Source: Escherichia phage dhaeg
Length of the DNA stretch: 64,000 nt
Strand: one strand, 5' to 3'
Sequence record: MN850609.1
The notes beneath the pieces were generated by a model. It was not told the origin of the DNA, did not search any database, and saw only the letters and a list, made by a program, of their open reading frames with translations. This document shows, piece by piece, positions 21,701 to 32,126 of this stretch. The position numbers were made by a program, and so were the translations under genes. Positions within the stretch are counted from its first letter, which is position 1. Every line of letters starts with the position of its first letter.

Positions 21701-21801
21701 TAATAGAAATTGGCGCCTACGTCATCCCAAAGAATACTTACATGGTTAGCCGAGAGTTTATCAATTCTCAAACTAGTAACGGAAGGCGCTTGCACAGACA
21801 T
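18709..21801 (-). CDS. 7: baseplate wedge protein gp7
   Basis: 1030 aa (T4 1032); synteny 6-7-8. Confidence 0.9.
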   Translation of the reverse strand: MSVQAPSVTSLRIDKLSANHVSILWDDVGANFYYFVELAQTKDAGESIPDDKLFWRNLGYTPNNNWFEERFISPNSFYKMRVAVAAQGFEQSEWVYTEEFETFSTNAYTFEHMREFTLSNKFIEEKFTKNNQNYVDFNSDAIMASMMTEDFTWTPSYSHLSSISNYVLKADRFHEIQGSIQAVCKDPNRSILMELGGVLYLLERFQNTAKVSNDKAQNWHYIRLFNDRVGNPVSRTAHYQTDTTTYVLGYDRIFYGRKSSDIRWSADDVRFSSQDVTFAKIGSDIDLDFEIEIFGSYARLPLAISTIAEAMCASDDFIYVAARDRVYKAKTTDAPIDTDPGSPTYGEKIFESGYSTITGNPKAVCYKLDSIQGNTFALITGEVKEERMDPTKEENVVDSESKGVYWLDAETDTWTRVFGNTEEERRRIEHGYTSMSTDGEEIFFSSSNFKYEVEVDNELPLEYPIVASAVKYVKDEQWIHDKHYLMMSFRANSKSDFKEFKPGRMAYYAEPFFSWSRRDGTRSWITTSNHAMVVYNDALYQKIIDLNSGSSPERIIREIWDKGFCTVTCPNIEFSGFKKYSSGIMIHKSSGELVGYFEFDYRVRDEVRIIWKPKEIMFTAELQNQEHEIPWTPKEETGEQDPDLRPLLVKMVPDSYLLQDSNFEKFCEYYLQFISDGSGTHYNNLLNLIRNQYPREEDSWEYLWSEIYKRNIYLSKEKRDEVVRFFQARQSDFWSTKGTEASYKFLFKLLYNEDVEIDIESKNSIEYDIIVESDNISEDIVGQTIYTPTGRSNVTYIERNYKDGKLQWRLTIHNLLGRFIVGQEIKSERTSFKGMIVQGVRGKELLSNNIDYINRNRSYYVMTIKSNLPTSRYRNDVLRFVHPVGFGFIGITLLSMFVNVGLTLKHTETIINILKNYKWDSGLPSEWYDRVAVIGFDGNIERDPRTGLPVYNVGPKAGEPFDIPADYDAENDFSVFQGQLPHERIKKHSPLFDQSAVTFSKWRALVDDRLKADIGNPRDPQDPTQVKIDD

Positions 21802-21813
21802 TAAATCTCCTCA

Positions 21814-21831
21814 AAGCCTCCTAAGAGGCTT
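21814..21831 (-). promoter_or_regulatory. hairpin AAGCCTC-CTAA-GAGGCTT between genes 6 and 7
   Basis: 7-bp inverted repeat overlapping the gene 6 stop. Confidence 0.35.
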
Positions 21832-23788
21832 ATATTGTAATAGGTTCTAATTCAATGGTCGTGTATTGAGGGCGGAGGTCATCTTCAAATACGATTAATG
21901 AACCATCTTTTGTAAAGATGTTATCTTGGTCAGGTCCCGCATAAAGTTCTATAGATTGAACTTCAAAACGGTCGGACGTTAAACCAATAGCCGCGATGTC
22001 CCAGAAAATGAAATCTGAATAATAATCGATTTCACCTATAACGTAATAAACGGATTGGTCTGCAGGAGCAGGCATTTTATCAAAGTCATTTCCTGTATAT
22101 GGTTTAATATATTGGTTTTCAATTACATCTCCTGGACGGAAAGGCCCAATAACCATTTTACCATCACCACGTTCGTCTTTATCTGTAGCGGCAATTCGTA
22201 CATTATATGCCGGGTGGTCTTCAGAAACGTTAGTAGGGACAAACTCAAATTCACTAGAAACCACAGAACGGTTAGTGTATTGATTATAGTATTTAATACC
22301 TGACTCAGGAGTTTTGAAAAAGTTCAATACCTCACGAACCATTGTTATGGTAGCAGAGGAGCCTAAAATACTATGGTCAGCATTATCAATATAAGTCAGC
22401 ATTTTTGACTTAGCGAATCCGTGGTTAAAAATTTCTACTTCGTTAATATAATAACGGTCTATCTGAGAAAGAATTTGGGCCGATAACCACTGTTCAGATT
22501 CCTGTAATTTATTCAAGGCATACGATACCTTAATTTTATGCTTTAAGAACAAATAATCGGGAGAAATAACAGAAGCGGTAATAGGGGCTAAGTTAAATTC
22601 TTTTAGATAGTCTTGGATATCTTCACGTTGGACCGCGGTCAAATATAGCCCTGATTTAGGTTTAATGGTGACAAAAGCATAACCGGGTTTATTTGGGTCT
22701 GTAAAGGTTTGTACTGCTTGCACGATAGAACCAAAACGTTCGGATACGAATGTATCGTAGTCGGTTCCTGTTACAGCACGCATCTGGGCTTCACGCTTAA
22801 CTACAGCCAATTCACGGATTCGTTCAATATCTTCAGGGTCGCCACCACCATCAGCACCCACATAATCAGGGTCGTCGTTATAGTTTTCAGTAATTTTTTC
22901 TACAGTAATATAAGCCAAGGAGTCAGCATAACTGAAGTCCACCGCACCGTTAGCAACTTCACCATCTGTACGAAGATATTCGATGACGATAGTAGAATCT
23001 TTAACAGGTTTTAGGCCGCCGATATAATTAGCTTCCAATACTCCACCCGCAACAGATTTCTCGGCTTCACCCTCACCAAAGAAGAATTCTGTATTACCAT
23101 CTACGGTTTCACGCATATAATAAATTGTTGAAGTACTGCCAGCGTGGACCATTGATTTATTGGTCCAGTTAATCCATTCTGAGCCATCAACGTAAAGTCT
23201 AACTTCTTGTCTATCAATATCAGGGTCACGAATAAGAATAGGAGTTTTAGGGTCATATTTAAGTTCAGTACGAATAATACGTCCCTGGGCCAAAGAAACA
23301 ATAGGCCAATACTGATTATTAACGTCTCGCACTGCGATAACGTTATCAGTTGTCACAAAAGAATATGGGTCTGCTGATGTATCACGTGCATAAGCCAAGA
23401 ATTTGGTACCTCTAGGGATACGAATATTCTTTTCATTAAGGGCTTGCGTGCATGTGAGCATTACCGTAGTTTTAGCTGCAGACTTAGAACTAGGGAGATA
23501 TCCATTGTCTTGTGCAGCTTGGACAACAGAAGAACGAAGGTTTGCTGTTCCTATAAAAGATTCGTATAAAGCTGTGTTAGCAAATTGCTGCATATAAAGG
23601 GTATTATAAGCAAGCATATCAATAAGGATATTCATTCGAGAACCAACGAAATCATAATCCTTAAATTCGTCCTGGCTGGAAAGCCAGTCTATAATATTCT
23701 TTTTAATTTCTTCAAACGTAGCTCCCACAAATACTTTTGGGATAGCGTTAACGGTTCTTGTTAATTGGTAATTCGTAGGAGTAGCCAT
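21830..23788 (-). CDS. 6: baseplate wedge protein gp6
   Basis: 652 aa (T4 660); synteny. Confidence 0.9.
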   Translation of the reverse strand: MATPTNYQLTRTVNAIPKVFVGATFEEIKKNIIDWLSSQDEFKDYDFVGSRMNILIDMLAYNTLYMQQFANTALYESFIGTANLRSSVVQAAQDNGYLPSSKSAAKTTVMLTCTQALNEKNIRIPRGTKFLAYARDTSADPYSFVTTDNVIAVRDVNNQYWPIVSLAQGRIIRTELKYDPKTPILIRDPDIDRQEVRLYVDGSEWINWTNKSMVHAGSTSTIYYMRETVDGNTEFFFGEGEAEKSVAGGVLEANYIGGLKPVKDSTIVIEYLRTDGEVANGAVDFSYADSLAYITVEKITENYNDDPDYVGADGGGDPEDIERIRELAVVKREAQMRAVTGTDYDTFVSERFGSIVQAVQTFTDPNKPGYAFVTIKPKSGLYLTAVQREDIQDYLKEFNLAPITASVISPDYLFLKHKIKVSYALNKLQESEQWLSAQILSQIDRYYINEVEIFNHGFAKSKMLTYIDNADHSILGSSATITMVREVLNFFKTPESGIKYYNQYTNRSVVSSEFEFVPTNVSEDHPAYNVRIAATDKDERGDGKMVIGPFRPGDVIENQYIKPYTGNDFDKMPAPADQSVYYVIGEIDYYSDFIFWDIAAIGLTSDRFEVQSIELYAGPDQDNIFTKDGSLIVFEDDLRPQYTTIELEPITI

Positions 23789-23796
23789 TTTAATTC

Positions 23797-24090
23797 CTAT
23801 TTTATGAATACTTTAGATGAGGCTTGTGCGACTGTATCACCGCACGAAATAGGGTCTGCCATCTGGACAGCCTTTTTGCCTGTAACATATACCTTTGATG
23901 TTCTAGGTTGGGTTACCCCACCGTGGGTTTCATATGGTTTTTTAATTTCTGTATGAGGAGTTATTGGGTCCCCATCGACTAATACAGGAATGCCGCCTGT
24001 AAATACTTTACCCTGGGTGGCATTTATTACTGTAGGAGGCCATGCTTCATGACCTGCGGTTACGCATTGGTTATAACTTAAGCCCGACAT
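23797..24090 (-). CDS. 5.4: PAAR-type spike-tip protein gp5.4
   Basis: 97 aa; [90 protein letters not shown], near-identical to recalled T4 gp5.4. Confidence 0.95.
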   Translation of the reverse strand: MSGLSYNQCVTAGHEAWPPTVINATQGKVFTGGIPVLVDGDPITPHTEIKKPYETHGGVTQPRTSKVYVTGKKAVQMADPISCGDTVAQASSKVFIK

Positions 24091-24611
24091 TATGGCCTCG
24101 CATATACATATTCTCTGAGTTGATTAGCCCATTTGCTCCAATTACCCACTATAACCTTGGTATAAACCTTAGTAAGGGTTTTTCTTACTGGTGCTGGAGG
24201 AGGGTCGGTTTCGCTACCGGCTCTAGAATTACTTCCTCCTGAGCTCCCTGTATCACCTCCTGATGACTCTTCCTGAAAGTCATAGATTAATGTGACAGTA
24301 TAGGAAAAAGTCTTCTGAAGATTACCAGGGGCTTTCCAGAGGTATAATTGAGTGCTCTTGTCCTCTGGTAAATCTTTCCATGAACCTGCTGTTTTAAATT
24401 CATCACCTAATCGATATTTTAACGCATCTTCAGAGAATCCAAATACCGATTCATAGGTTCCGTATAAACGAGCCCCATCGACAATAATGCCTTCTGTTGG
24501 CTCATATTCTGTTATATTTATTTCAACTAATGTTTCGTTTGTTTCTAATTGAGCGGTAAACGTAACATCGATTGAGGCTCCTTCCATGGAGTCTCCTAAA
24601 TCAGTGCTCAT
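24090..24611 (-). CDS. 5.1: gp5.1-position protein (function unknown)
   Basis: I start at the internal ATG (MSTDLGD...), which avoids overlapping the gene 5 coding end. S/G-rich and proline-rich stretch near the C-terminus. Position between 5 and 5.4. Confidence 0.6.
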   Translation of the reverse strand: MSTDLGDSMEGASIDVTFTAQLETNETLVEINITEYEPTEGIIVDGARLYGTYESVFGFSEDALKYRLGDEFKTAGSWKDLPEDKSTQLYLWKAPGNLQKTFSYTVTLIYDFQEESSGGDTGSSGGSNSRAGSETDPPPAPVRKTLTKVYTKVIVGNWSKWANQLREYVYARP

Positions 24612-24621
24612 AGGTAAAATA

Positions 24622-26364
24622 TTAGCCAATGTCAATCCTCGAACCATCAATAGTATATTGACCGGATGCAATAGAACTCATAGTCGACATAGTTTCAGAC
24701 CAATTACCAGCAACGGTCATATCAACGTTTCCGTTTACCGACCATTTAACGTTTCCATTTACTGTATAATCATGGTTGCCTTCAACTAATGTTTTTGCAT
24801 CACCTTTAACAGTTATATCAGCATTGCCTTCAACAATAACCGTAACATTTCCTTTAACAATAAGGGTTCCGTCGCCTTCTACCGTTTTGGTTTCGTTACC
24901 ACGAATATGGATGCTTTCAGAACCGTCAGTTTGACGTCGAACGTTTGCCATATTATAATAGGTTTCATCACCACCTATATTGACTTTATTATTACCGCCA
25001 ACATAAGTATTAGAATCGCCTTGGGTCATATAATATCCGTCGGCTACGGTCTTAGAAGTTTTACGTCCATCAGGAGCAACTTCTTCATAACTACCTGTAG
25101 GGTGAATTAATCGGTAACGTTCTTGCCCTGGTGTGTTATCGAATTCTTGGATATGCCCACCTTCAGTTTGCATGGTTTGGACATATGGATATTCGCCTTT
25201 ATAACTGGAATCCGGCTCTTTAAAAAGAATCCTTGTATCTTCTGGAGTCCATGGGTCGGCTGGGTCTGAATTTGTAGGGGCTGCAAAGGTTTGAATCATC
25301 CTATAAGAACGGCCATTAAATTCTCTTTCTTTAGGGGCCATAATACCGTATGATTCCATATTACCGGTAAGGATAATCATTGATACCCTTGAGGCACGTC
25401 CCTTAGTTTGGTTAAACCATACTGAATTACGAGCTTCCTCAAATGCCTTTTTATAATCGCCTATTAACATAGCACTGAGCATACCACGGAATTTAGCAAG
25501 TCCACCTAAACCCATTTGGAAAGCCATGTTTTCAAGAGCCATTTGTCTTGAACGGTTTTCTTTATTGTAAACCGGACCTACAACACTATGCCTACCTATA
25601 TCGTTTTGAACTTTTTTAAGGTCTTCCTGGAATAACTTAGAAGCCTCGTCCATTGATATTGCACCTGGATTACCTTTAACTTCTCGACCTATTTGATTAG
25701 ATAATATTTTGTTTATCTGGGTCATATCTCTAATAGGTTGTGGAGTAATAAGGTGGCCTATACCAATAGTAGGGTATCCTTCGGTGTCCCAATATACCTT
25801 CAGTCTAAGCCCTTCATCACGATGAAGCATGTTTTCTATTGTGAAATTAGGATTATCATCAGGCTTAACTTGGCTTAAATCCAAACCGTCAGGATTAATA
25901 CCTACATCAGTGTTTGCATCTTGTATTACGTTAGAAGTGGCATCATATCCAACTTCACCACCTCGGTTTAGTGCAGCGGCATCATTACCTAAATAAAGCG
26001 GATACTGCCCTGTAGGGTCACTAAAACCTTCGTTTGGATTTGCCTTTTGTTTTGATGCTGAACCGTACGTACCAAGGACAAGCCCGTTTAATTTCCACTT
26101 ATCAAGAAAATGGCCATAAACTTGTGTACCAGGGACCATACCAGTCATAGCGGTTTGGATACCGGAAACAGAGGCAGAAGATGTAGGCATTAATACCGAC
26201 ATCCATGGTAAATCTTCCGTACGAAGGCCTTTTACAGGGCCCTGTACTTTTTCATACGGGTGCATACCCCATACGCGTACGCGTACACGACCTTGTTGGA
26301 GTGGGTCCATTCGGTCTTCAACTACACCGACGAACCAACTTACGTTATCAGACATGTTAATCAT
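24622..26364 (-). CDS. 5: baseplate hub / cell-puncturing spike with lysozyme domain gp5
   Basis: 580 aa (T4 575); OB-fold N-terminus, lysozyme block MLHRDEGLRLKVYWDTEGYPTIGIGHLI, C-terminal VxGxxxxx beta-helix repeats. Confidence 0.96.
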   Translation of the reverse strand: MINMSDNVSWFVGVVEDRMDPLQQGRVRVRVWGMHPYEKVQGPVKGLRTEDLPWMSVLMPTSSASVSGIQTAMTGMVPGTQVYGHFLDKWKLNGLVLGTYGSASKQKANPNEGFSDPTGQYPLYLGNDAAALNRGGEVGYDATSNVIQDANTDVGINPDGLDLSQVKPDDNPNFTIENMLHRDEGLRLKVYWDTEGYPTIGIGHLITPQPIRDMTQINKILSNQIGREVKGNPGAISMDEASKLFQEDLKKVQNDIGRHSVVGPVYNKENRSRQMALENMAFQMGLGGLAKFRGMLSAMLIGDYKKAFEEARNSVWFNQTKGRASRVSMIILTGNMESYGIMAPKEREFNGRSYRMIQTFAAPTNSDPADPWTPEDTRILFKEPDSSYKGEYPYVQTMQTEGGHIQEFDNTPGQERYRLIHPTGSYEEVAPDGRKTSKTVADGYYMTQGDSNTYVGGNNKVNIGGDETYYNMANVRRQTDGSESIHIRGNETKTVEGDGTLIVKGNVTVIVEGNADITVKGDAKTLVEGNHDYTVNGNVKWSVNGNVDMTVAGNWSETMSTMSSIASGQYTIDGSRIDIG

Positions 26365-26966
26365 TAGAGGGCTTTCTCCATTTCACGAATAAGGGCAGAA
26401 ATAAAAGACTCAATATCATTAGGGTCAATAATCTTTATTTCGCGCTTATATTCATTTTTACGAATGGCATCCTCGTAAATATCTACTGCGGCTAATGGAC
26501 CTTCGTATTGAGGATAACGTTTTTCTGTATCGCCTTTATCATACCAAGTATACGGATTTTCCGGTGTGTTGACAAGATTCCAGAATTTCTCACCTTTTTC
26601 GTTTACATGGTAAAGGACCTGGTTTCCGCCGTCGGTAGAATATCTTTGGATTGCCGCTTGATATGCTGCTTCTTGCCCGGTAATCCATCCATAATAAGGG
26701 TCATATATATTGTTGCACATAAGTAGAACCCAATATAATTGGACATTGCCATAAAGAAGATGGGCCAATTCTTCTGGACGAGGGGCCCCATTGATATAAT
26801 AAGTCTTTAGTGTATAATTTTTAGCCACTTTATCAAAATATTCTTTATAATTTCTAAATATATCAGTCATCGGCACGCTCAATACATCGGCATTTGTTAA
26901 TGAGCCCGAATCCGGCTTGACTGTTTTTGATTCGTAATCGATAGGATCGAAAAATGAGAAGAGCAT
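26364..26966 (-). CDS. 53: baseplate wedge protein gp53
   Basis: 200 aa; MLF.FFDPI.Y..KTV...PMTDIFRNYK.YF... matches recalled T4 gp53. Confidence 0.93.
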   Translation of the reverse strand: MLFSFFDPIDYESKTVKPDSGSLTNADVLSVPMTDIFRNYKEYFDKVAKNYTLKTYYINGAPRPEELAHLLYGNVQLYWVLLMCNNIYDPYYGWITGQEAAYQAAIQRYSTDGGNQVLYHVNEKGEKFWNLVNTPENPYTWYDKGDTEKRYPQYEGPLAAVDIYEDAIRKNEYKREIKIIDPNDIESFISALIREMEKAL

Positions 26967-26978
26967 AGGGCCTCCGAG

Positions 26979-26986
26979 TATAAATA
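26979..26986 (+). promoter_or_regulatory. late promoter TATAAATA for gene 4
   Basis: Exact TATAAATA 27 nt upstream of the gene 4 ATG; AAGGAGG SD follows. Confidence 0.7.
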
Positions 26987-26993
26987 ATATTAA

Positions 26994-27001
26994 TATTTAT
27001 A
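26994..27001 (-). promoter_or_regulatory. late promoter TATAAATA for gene 53 (divergent, back-to-back with the gene 4 promoter)
   Basis: TATTTATA on plus strand, 28 nt upstream of the gene 53 ATG. Confidence 0.7.
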
Positions 27002-27012
27002 AGGAGGCAACT

Positions 27013-27462
27013 ATGGCTTACTCAGGGAAATTTAAACCTACAAACTTACAAAAATATAAAGGTGACTGGAAGAAAATCCAATATCGTTCCTCTTGGGAAG
27101 CATGGCTAATGAGATGGCTTGATAATCATCCTAATGTAGTCCAATGGAATTCAGAAGAGGTTGTGATTCCATATTTTTGTAATGCTGAAGGAAAGAAACG
27201 TCGATATTATATGGACTTCTGGGTTAAGTTTGATAATGGTCAACAATTCTTTTTTGAAGTCAAACCTTTTAAAGAGACCCACCCTCCAGCGATTCCGGTA
27301 AAAATGACCACTGCCGCTAAAAAGAGATATATTAACGAACATTATACTTGGTCTGTGAATAGTGACAAGTGGAAAGCCGCTAAAGCTACCGCAGATAAAA
27401 TGGGTATCAACTTTAGATTGATTACCGAACATTCACTGAAAAAATTAGGATGGAAAGGATGA
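27013..27462 (+). CDS. 4: head completion protein gp4
   Basis: 149 aa; MAYSGK..P.N..KY.GD.KKI.YRS.WE...[15 protein letters not shown]... matches recalled T4 gp4. Confidence 0.95.
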   Translation: MAYSGKFKPTNLQKYKGDWKKIQYRSSWEAWLMRWLDNHPNVVQWNSEEVVIPYFCNAEGKKRRYYMDFWVKFDNGQQFFFEVKPFKETHPPAIPVKMTTAAKKRYINEHYTWSVNSDKWKAAKATADKMGINFRLITEHSLKKLGWKG

Positions 27463-28286
27463 GTATATTTTCCTACATCAATGAGGCCACTGAAACCACA
27501 AAAGGTTCTAAGCCTACTCGTTCAGAGCAACAATGGATAGCTTTAGGTGTTGAATATGCCAAAGCTAAGGCCAAAGGTGTCTCGTCTAAGAAATTCGCTG
27601 AAGATAAAGGCATTAAGTATTCTAGCTTTACATCTGCGATGTCTCGATACTCGAGTCGAATTAAAACTGCCGTACAGGTCGAAAAACTTCAGAAGAAACC
27701 TGGCAATAAATTGACCAAAGCCGAACGTCAATTAATTTTGGTGAATAGTTTTAGAAAGAGTATTCGTGATAAGATTGCTAACGAAGGCGCTGCTGTAAAC
27801 AATAAATCAGCTAAATGGTTTACAGAAACATTAAAGAAAGGAATTCGTGGACACCAGGTATCTAAACCATCTCCTGGTAAGCTTTATGCTTATATCTATG
27901 ATGCTAAACACAAGGACACATTACCCTACTGGGACAAATATCCTTTAATCATTTATCTTGGGCTCGGTAAGCATAATCTGATGTATGGGTTGAACTTACA
28001 CTATATTCCGCCTAAAGCACGCCAACAATTTCTAGAAGAATTGCTGAAGCAATACGCGAGTACGCCTACCATTACGAACTCGACCAAATTAAAAATTGAT
28101 TGGAGTAAGGTAAAAGGATTTGCTGGTGCTGACGCGATGATTAAGGCTTATATCCCTGGAAATATCAAGGGACCTTTAGTAGAGATAAAACCTTCTGATT
28201 GGGCTAATGTCGTAATGATGCCTCTCCAGCAGTTCATGTCTAAAGGTAAGCGTTACTCAGCTCAGAAAGTATGGAAGAACGCATAA
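27459..28286 (+). CDS. 2: DNA end-protector protein gp2
   Basis: ATGA overlap with the gene 4 stop; 275 aa (T4 274); synteny 4-2-3. The track ORF starts 9 nt earlier at 27450. Confidence 0.88.
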   Translation: MSIFSYINEATETTKGSKPTRSEQQWIALGVEYAKAKAKGVSSKKFAEDKGIKYSSFTSAMSRYSSRIKTAVQVEKLQKKPGNKLTKAERQLILVNSFRKSIRDKIANEGAAVNNKSAKWFTETLKKGIRGHQVSKPSPGKLYAYIYDAKHKDTLPYWDKYPLIIYLGLGKHNLMYGLNLHYIPPKARQQFLEELLKQYASTPTITNSTKLKIDWSKVKGFAGADAMIKAYIPGNIKGPLVEIKPSDWANVVMMPLQQFMSKGKRYSAQKVWKNA

Positions 28287-28347
28287 TCTATTATCCCAGC
28301 CAGTTATTGAATGGAACAGACCTAGGACCATTATACACTGTCTGGGA
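28287..28347 (+). repeat. intercistronic palindromic element, copy B (directly after gene 2 stop)
   Basis: TAA-TCTATTATCCCAGCCAG...CTGTCTGGGA; arms 28295-28303 / 28338-28346 (9 bp, 1 mismatch); core ACCTAGGACCATTATAC shared with copy A. Confidence 0.7.
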
Positions 28348-28368
28348 CTTAAGCAATATAGGAATCCT

Positions 28369-28959
28369 ATGAACGGTTTATTTAACCAAACTAACACTAC
28401 CAACTTTATCTTAGAGGTTAGTGACTCAGGAATGACGCAGTCATTCAAATTGAACGTACAAGATGTAACACTACCGGGTATCCATATTCCTATCTCAGAC
28501 GTCCCCGGATCGACCCAGGGCATACATCGTGCTAAGCTGCCAGGTTCTACAGTAGAATTCGATCCCTTGATTGTAAACTTTCTTGTAGACCGTGAGTTGA
28601 AATCATGGATGGACGTTTATAAATGGATGCTATCATTAAACAACTATGTAACACATGAATCCGAAGCCTGGCATCCTAAAGGCTTGCCTGAAGCGATTAC
28701 CCTCCATATCCTTGATAACAACAAACAGAAAATCGTAATGAGCATTCATTACTACGGCGGTTGGCCATCCGACTTATCGGAAATCCAATACTCGTATAAA
28801 GAAGATTCTGACCCTGCTATAATCGCTACGGCAACATTCAACTTCAAGTCGTTTGCTGTAGAAATAGATGGTACAATAGTTACAGGTCGTCCACAAATTG
28901 ATTCGTATGCCGAACAACGTGTGGCTCGTATGTCTATGCATCCATCTATGAGAAAATAA
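28369..28959 (+). CDS. 3: tail completion / tube terminator protein gp3 (by position)
   Basis: 196 aa ORF between genes 2 and 1, as gene 3 is in T4 (176 aa); I cannot recall the sequence well enough to confirm. Confidence 0.7.
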   Translation: MNGLFNQTNTTNFILEVSDSGMTQSFKLNVQDVTLPGIHIPISDVPGSTQGIHRAKLPGSTVEFDPLIVNFLVDRELKSWMDVYKWMLSLNNYVTHESEAWHPKGLPEAITLHILDNNKQKIVMSIHYYGGWPSDLSEIQYSYKEDSDPAIIATATFNFKSFAVEIDGTIVTGRPQIDSYAEQRVARMSMHPSMRK

Positions 28960-29712
28960 TGAAACTAATATCAATTGTAGGAATCAAACGTAGCGGTAAG
29001 GATACCGTTGCTAACTATGTAATTGAGAATACGGATTCCGTAAAATTCCAACTCGCTGGTCCTATTAAAAAGTATCTGGCTGAAGCTTATGAATACATAT
29101 CTGATGACCCTGTATTTGACCGTAGCTATATGCCTAAATTAGATTTTAATTGTTTTGAAGGTATCGGTTATGACCGTGAAGAAATAATTCCTTTAAAACC
29201 GTATGATGTGGTTGATATTTTTGAACATGCTATTGTTAAGCTGAATAATATCCTTCCTATTCCAGGAATTGATGTTCGTATCGCATATCATTATGGTCTT
29301 ACCCCGGTCCAGTATCTGTCTGAAGAAACAAAAGACCAGCTATTTGAAGTAATAAATAAAAATAACAATTGGTCAGTACGTCGTCTCATGCAGACCCTTG
29401 GGACTGATATTATTGTTAACCAATTTGATAAGATGTATTGGGTTAAGTTGTTCGCTTTAGACTATTTTGATAAAATATACTCTGATGCGAAATACTATGT
29501 CGTACCTGATGTTCGTCAAACACACGAAATTGATTCACTCAGAGCGATGGGTGCTACGATTATTCATGTAGTTCGCGCTGAAACCGGTCAAGTACAAGAC
29601 TCGCACATCACTGAAGCGGGTCTACCAATTTTACCTGGTGACGTTGTTATTGAAAATAACGGCACTCTTTCTGAACTATACACTACTATTGATAAATTAT
29701 TAGGAAATAAAA

Positions 29713-29720
<8 letters not shown>
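28959..29720 (+). CDS. 1: deoxynucleoside monophosphate kinase gp1
   Basis: 253 aa; MKLI...G.KRSGKDT.A...QLAGPIK...WSVRRLMQ.LGTD.IVN.FD.MYWVKLFALDY.DK... matches recalled T4 gp1. Confidence 0.95.
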
Positions 29721-30604
<884 letters not shown>

Positions 30605-30613
30605 TTTAAAAAT

Positions 30614-30644
30614 GTTTTACAAAGGGCTTTAGTGATGATACTAT
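30614..30644 (+). promoter_or_regulatory. T4-type early promoter cassette (GTTTTACA ... TGATGATACTAT)
   Basis: -35-like and extended -10 elements followed by AGGCCTATCAAAAAC leader. Confidence 0.7.
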
Positions 30645-30682
30645 AGGCCTATCAAAAACAAACTAACCAAATGGAAATCAAA

Positions 30683-30961
30683 ATGAAAACTTATCAAGAA
30701 TTTAGTAAATCCCAAAAAGTGGCTCCTATCACTGAAGCCAGTGTTATGAGTGAAGTTATAGCCCTAAACAAAGGCCGTGAAGGTAAACCGGTTATCGGTC
30801 TTAATGGTGATGAACTTAAAGGTACTGTTTATCTGGGCGACGGTTACCATGCTAAAAAAGACGGTGGGAGCATTGTTATTTCCCCGGCTCAAGAATCTTC
30901 TGTAATGAAAACCGTTTACATCGCCACCAAGCACTTTGATATTTTGAAAAAAGCACTTTAA
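30683..30961 (+). CDS. internal-protein-like protein (capsid-targeting prefix MKTYQEF)
   Basis: 92 aa from the second ATG; starts MKTYQEFSKSQKVAPITE-A; occupies the ipI locus position of T4. Confidence 0.65.
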   Translation: MKTYQEFSKSQKVAPITEASVMSEVIALNKGREGKPVIGLNGDELKGTVYLGDGYHAKKDGGSIVISPAQESSVMKTVYIATKHFDILKKAL

Positions 30962-30965
30962 AGTT

Positions 30966-30995
30966 ATTTACAACGGGCTCTAGTGATGATACTAT
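30966..30995 (+). promoter_or_regulatory. T4-type early promoter cassette
   Basis: ATTTACAACGGGCTCTAGTGATGATACTAT, near-identical to 30614-30644. Confidence 0.7.
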
Positions 30996-31031
30996 AGCCC
31001 TATCAAAACAAATGAGTGATTGGAGAATAAA

Positions 31032-31217
31032 ATGAAACGTTGTGAATTAATTAGAAATGTTACTGCACTGGCCGCCGTTACTGCTTTTGGCTTTAGTATG
31101 TTTGCAGGATTCATGTTGGATTTGCTTACAACTTCCGAGAATATAATCTCTTTAGTAGTGGCATTCTTAATTGGTTCAATCTCTTTCGTTATGGATAAAA
31201 TCTCTAAAGGTGAGTAA
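31032..31217 (+). CDS. small membrane protein (2 predicted TM helices)
   Basis: 61 aa from the ATG preceded by GGAGAATAAA; hydrophobic stretches ALAAVTAFGFSMFAGFML and LVVAFLIGSISFV. Confidence 0.6.
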   Translation: MKRCELIRNVTALAAVTAFGFSMFAGFMLDLLTTSENIISLVVAFLIGSISFVMDKISKGE

Positions 31218-31218
31218 A

Positions 31219-31599
31219 ATGTATAAAGTGTATGCGGATTATCAAGCAAATCCATCTGAAAAACCAGATTGCCAAATTGGGTGGGCGCATGACACCCTGC
31301 TTGAAGCGGTAAATGAAGCACAGAAATTAGGATATAGTTATGTAGATATTGTTCAACCGGGTGGAACAGTTATTACTCTTGAAGAATTCAAGAATATCAA
31401 AACAAACTTTTTGCTCTTTGCCGGTGATAACTATTATCCTCGTGGCGGTTATGCTGACTTAATCGCAAAGGCCGCGACTGAAGATGAACTGCGCGATATC
31501 ATTAAAGAAAACGAGAATAAGCCTTGTTACGGTTCCAATCGTTTTGACTGGTGGCAGATTGTCAATGCCAATACCCACACTATTGTAGACGAGGGTTAA
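31219..31599 (+). CDS. hypothetical protein
   Basis: 126 aa from the ATG (GGTGAG SD) just after the upstream stop; no motif recognised. Confidence 0.55.
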   Translation: MYKVYADYQANPSEKPDCQIGWAHDTLLEAVNEAQKLGYSYVDIVQPGGTVITLEEFKNIKTNFLLFAGDNYYPRGGYADLIAKAATEDELRDIIKENENKPCYGSNRFDWWQIVNANTHTIVDEG

Positions 31600-31884
31600 A
31601 TGTTATACGTTAAGGTTACTAATCCAGAGAATGGCTATAAATCCGATCAGGTTGCAGCCGAGTTGTTGATTCGAAATTACGGCAAAGATGCCGTGCTTGA
31701 TGTTCAACAGGTTAATATTGGCCGTAGTTCAAGCGATGTTAAACTCAAAGTTAACAGCCATCGCTATAATTCTGTTAACTTTACTTTTTATACCGCAACT
31801 GAAAATGGATTGGTCGAATACGACATCTTTAAAAACCCTTTGAAGATTGCTTCTATTAAACTTGACTATATTAATATGCTTTAA
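31600..31884 (+). CDS. hypothetical protein
   Basis: 94 aa, TAAATG junction with the upstream ORF. Confidence 0.55.
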   Translation: MLYVKVTNPENGYKSDQVAAELLIRNYGKDAVLDVQQVNIGRSSSDVKLKVNSHRYNSVNFTFYTATENGLVEYDIFKNPLKIASIKLDYINML

Positions 31885-31901
31885 GAATTATGTGATATTA
31901 T
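31877..31901 (+). promoter_or_regulatory. candidate MotA-dependent middle promoter for the tRNA cluster
   Basis: TGCTTTA (MotA-box consensus) - 12 bp - TATTAT, 70 nt upstream of the first tRNA. Confidence 0.55.
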
Positions 31902-31969
31902 TACTCTATCATTAATACCCTCTATTACCAAAGGTTCTTCCCTCAAAGAGCCTTTCATAATAGAATTAA

Positions 31970-32043
31970 GGCCCTGTAGCTGGACGGTCAAGCGAGCGAC
32001 TCATAATCGCTGGATGGTGGTTCGATTCCACCCAGGGCCACCA
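31970..32043 (+). tRNA. tRNA with CAU anticodon (Met, or Ile if C34 is modified)
   Basis: Cloverleaf by hand: acceptor GGCCCTG/CAGGGCC, anticodon stem AGCGA/TCGCT, loop CTCATAA, T-arm GGTGG-TTCGATT-CCACC, encoded CCA. Confidence 0.9.
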
Positions 32044-32047
32044 ATTT

Positions 32048-32122
32048 GGATGTGTAGCTCAGTGGTAGAGCAGTTGACTGTTAATCAATTGGTCCATGGT
32101 TCGAATCCATGCATGTCCGCCA
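32048..32122 (+). tRNA. tRNA-Asn (GUU)
   Basis: Acceptor GGATGTG/CATGTCC (two G-U pairs), D-arm GCTC..GAGC, loop CTGTTAA, T-arm CATGG-TTCGAAT-CCATG, encoded CCA. Confidence 0.9.
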
Positions 32123-32126
32123 AATA

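Noticed and set aside
31171-31218. Upstream extensions of several track ORFs through promoters or leaders. These are the track starts at 30671, 31020, 31171, 33170, 33906, 39121, 39456, 51904, 53405 and 56021.
   Set aside because: The extensions use non-ATG or SD-less starts and run across promoter cassettes. Internal ATGs with GGAG/GAGG SDs at canonical spacing were preferred.
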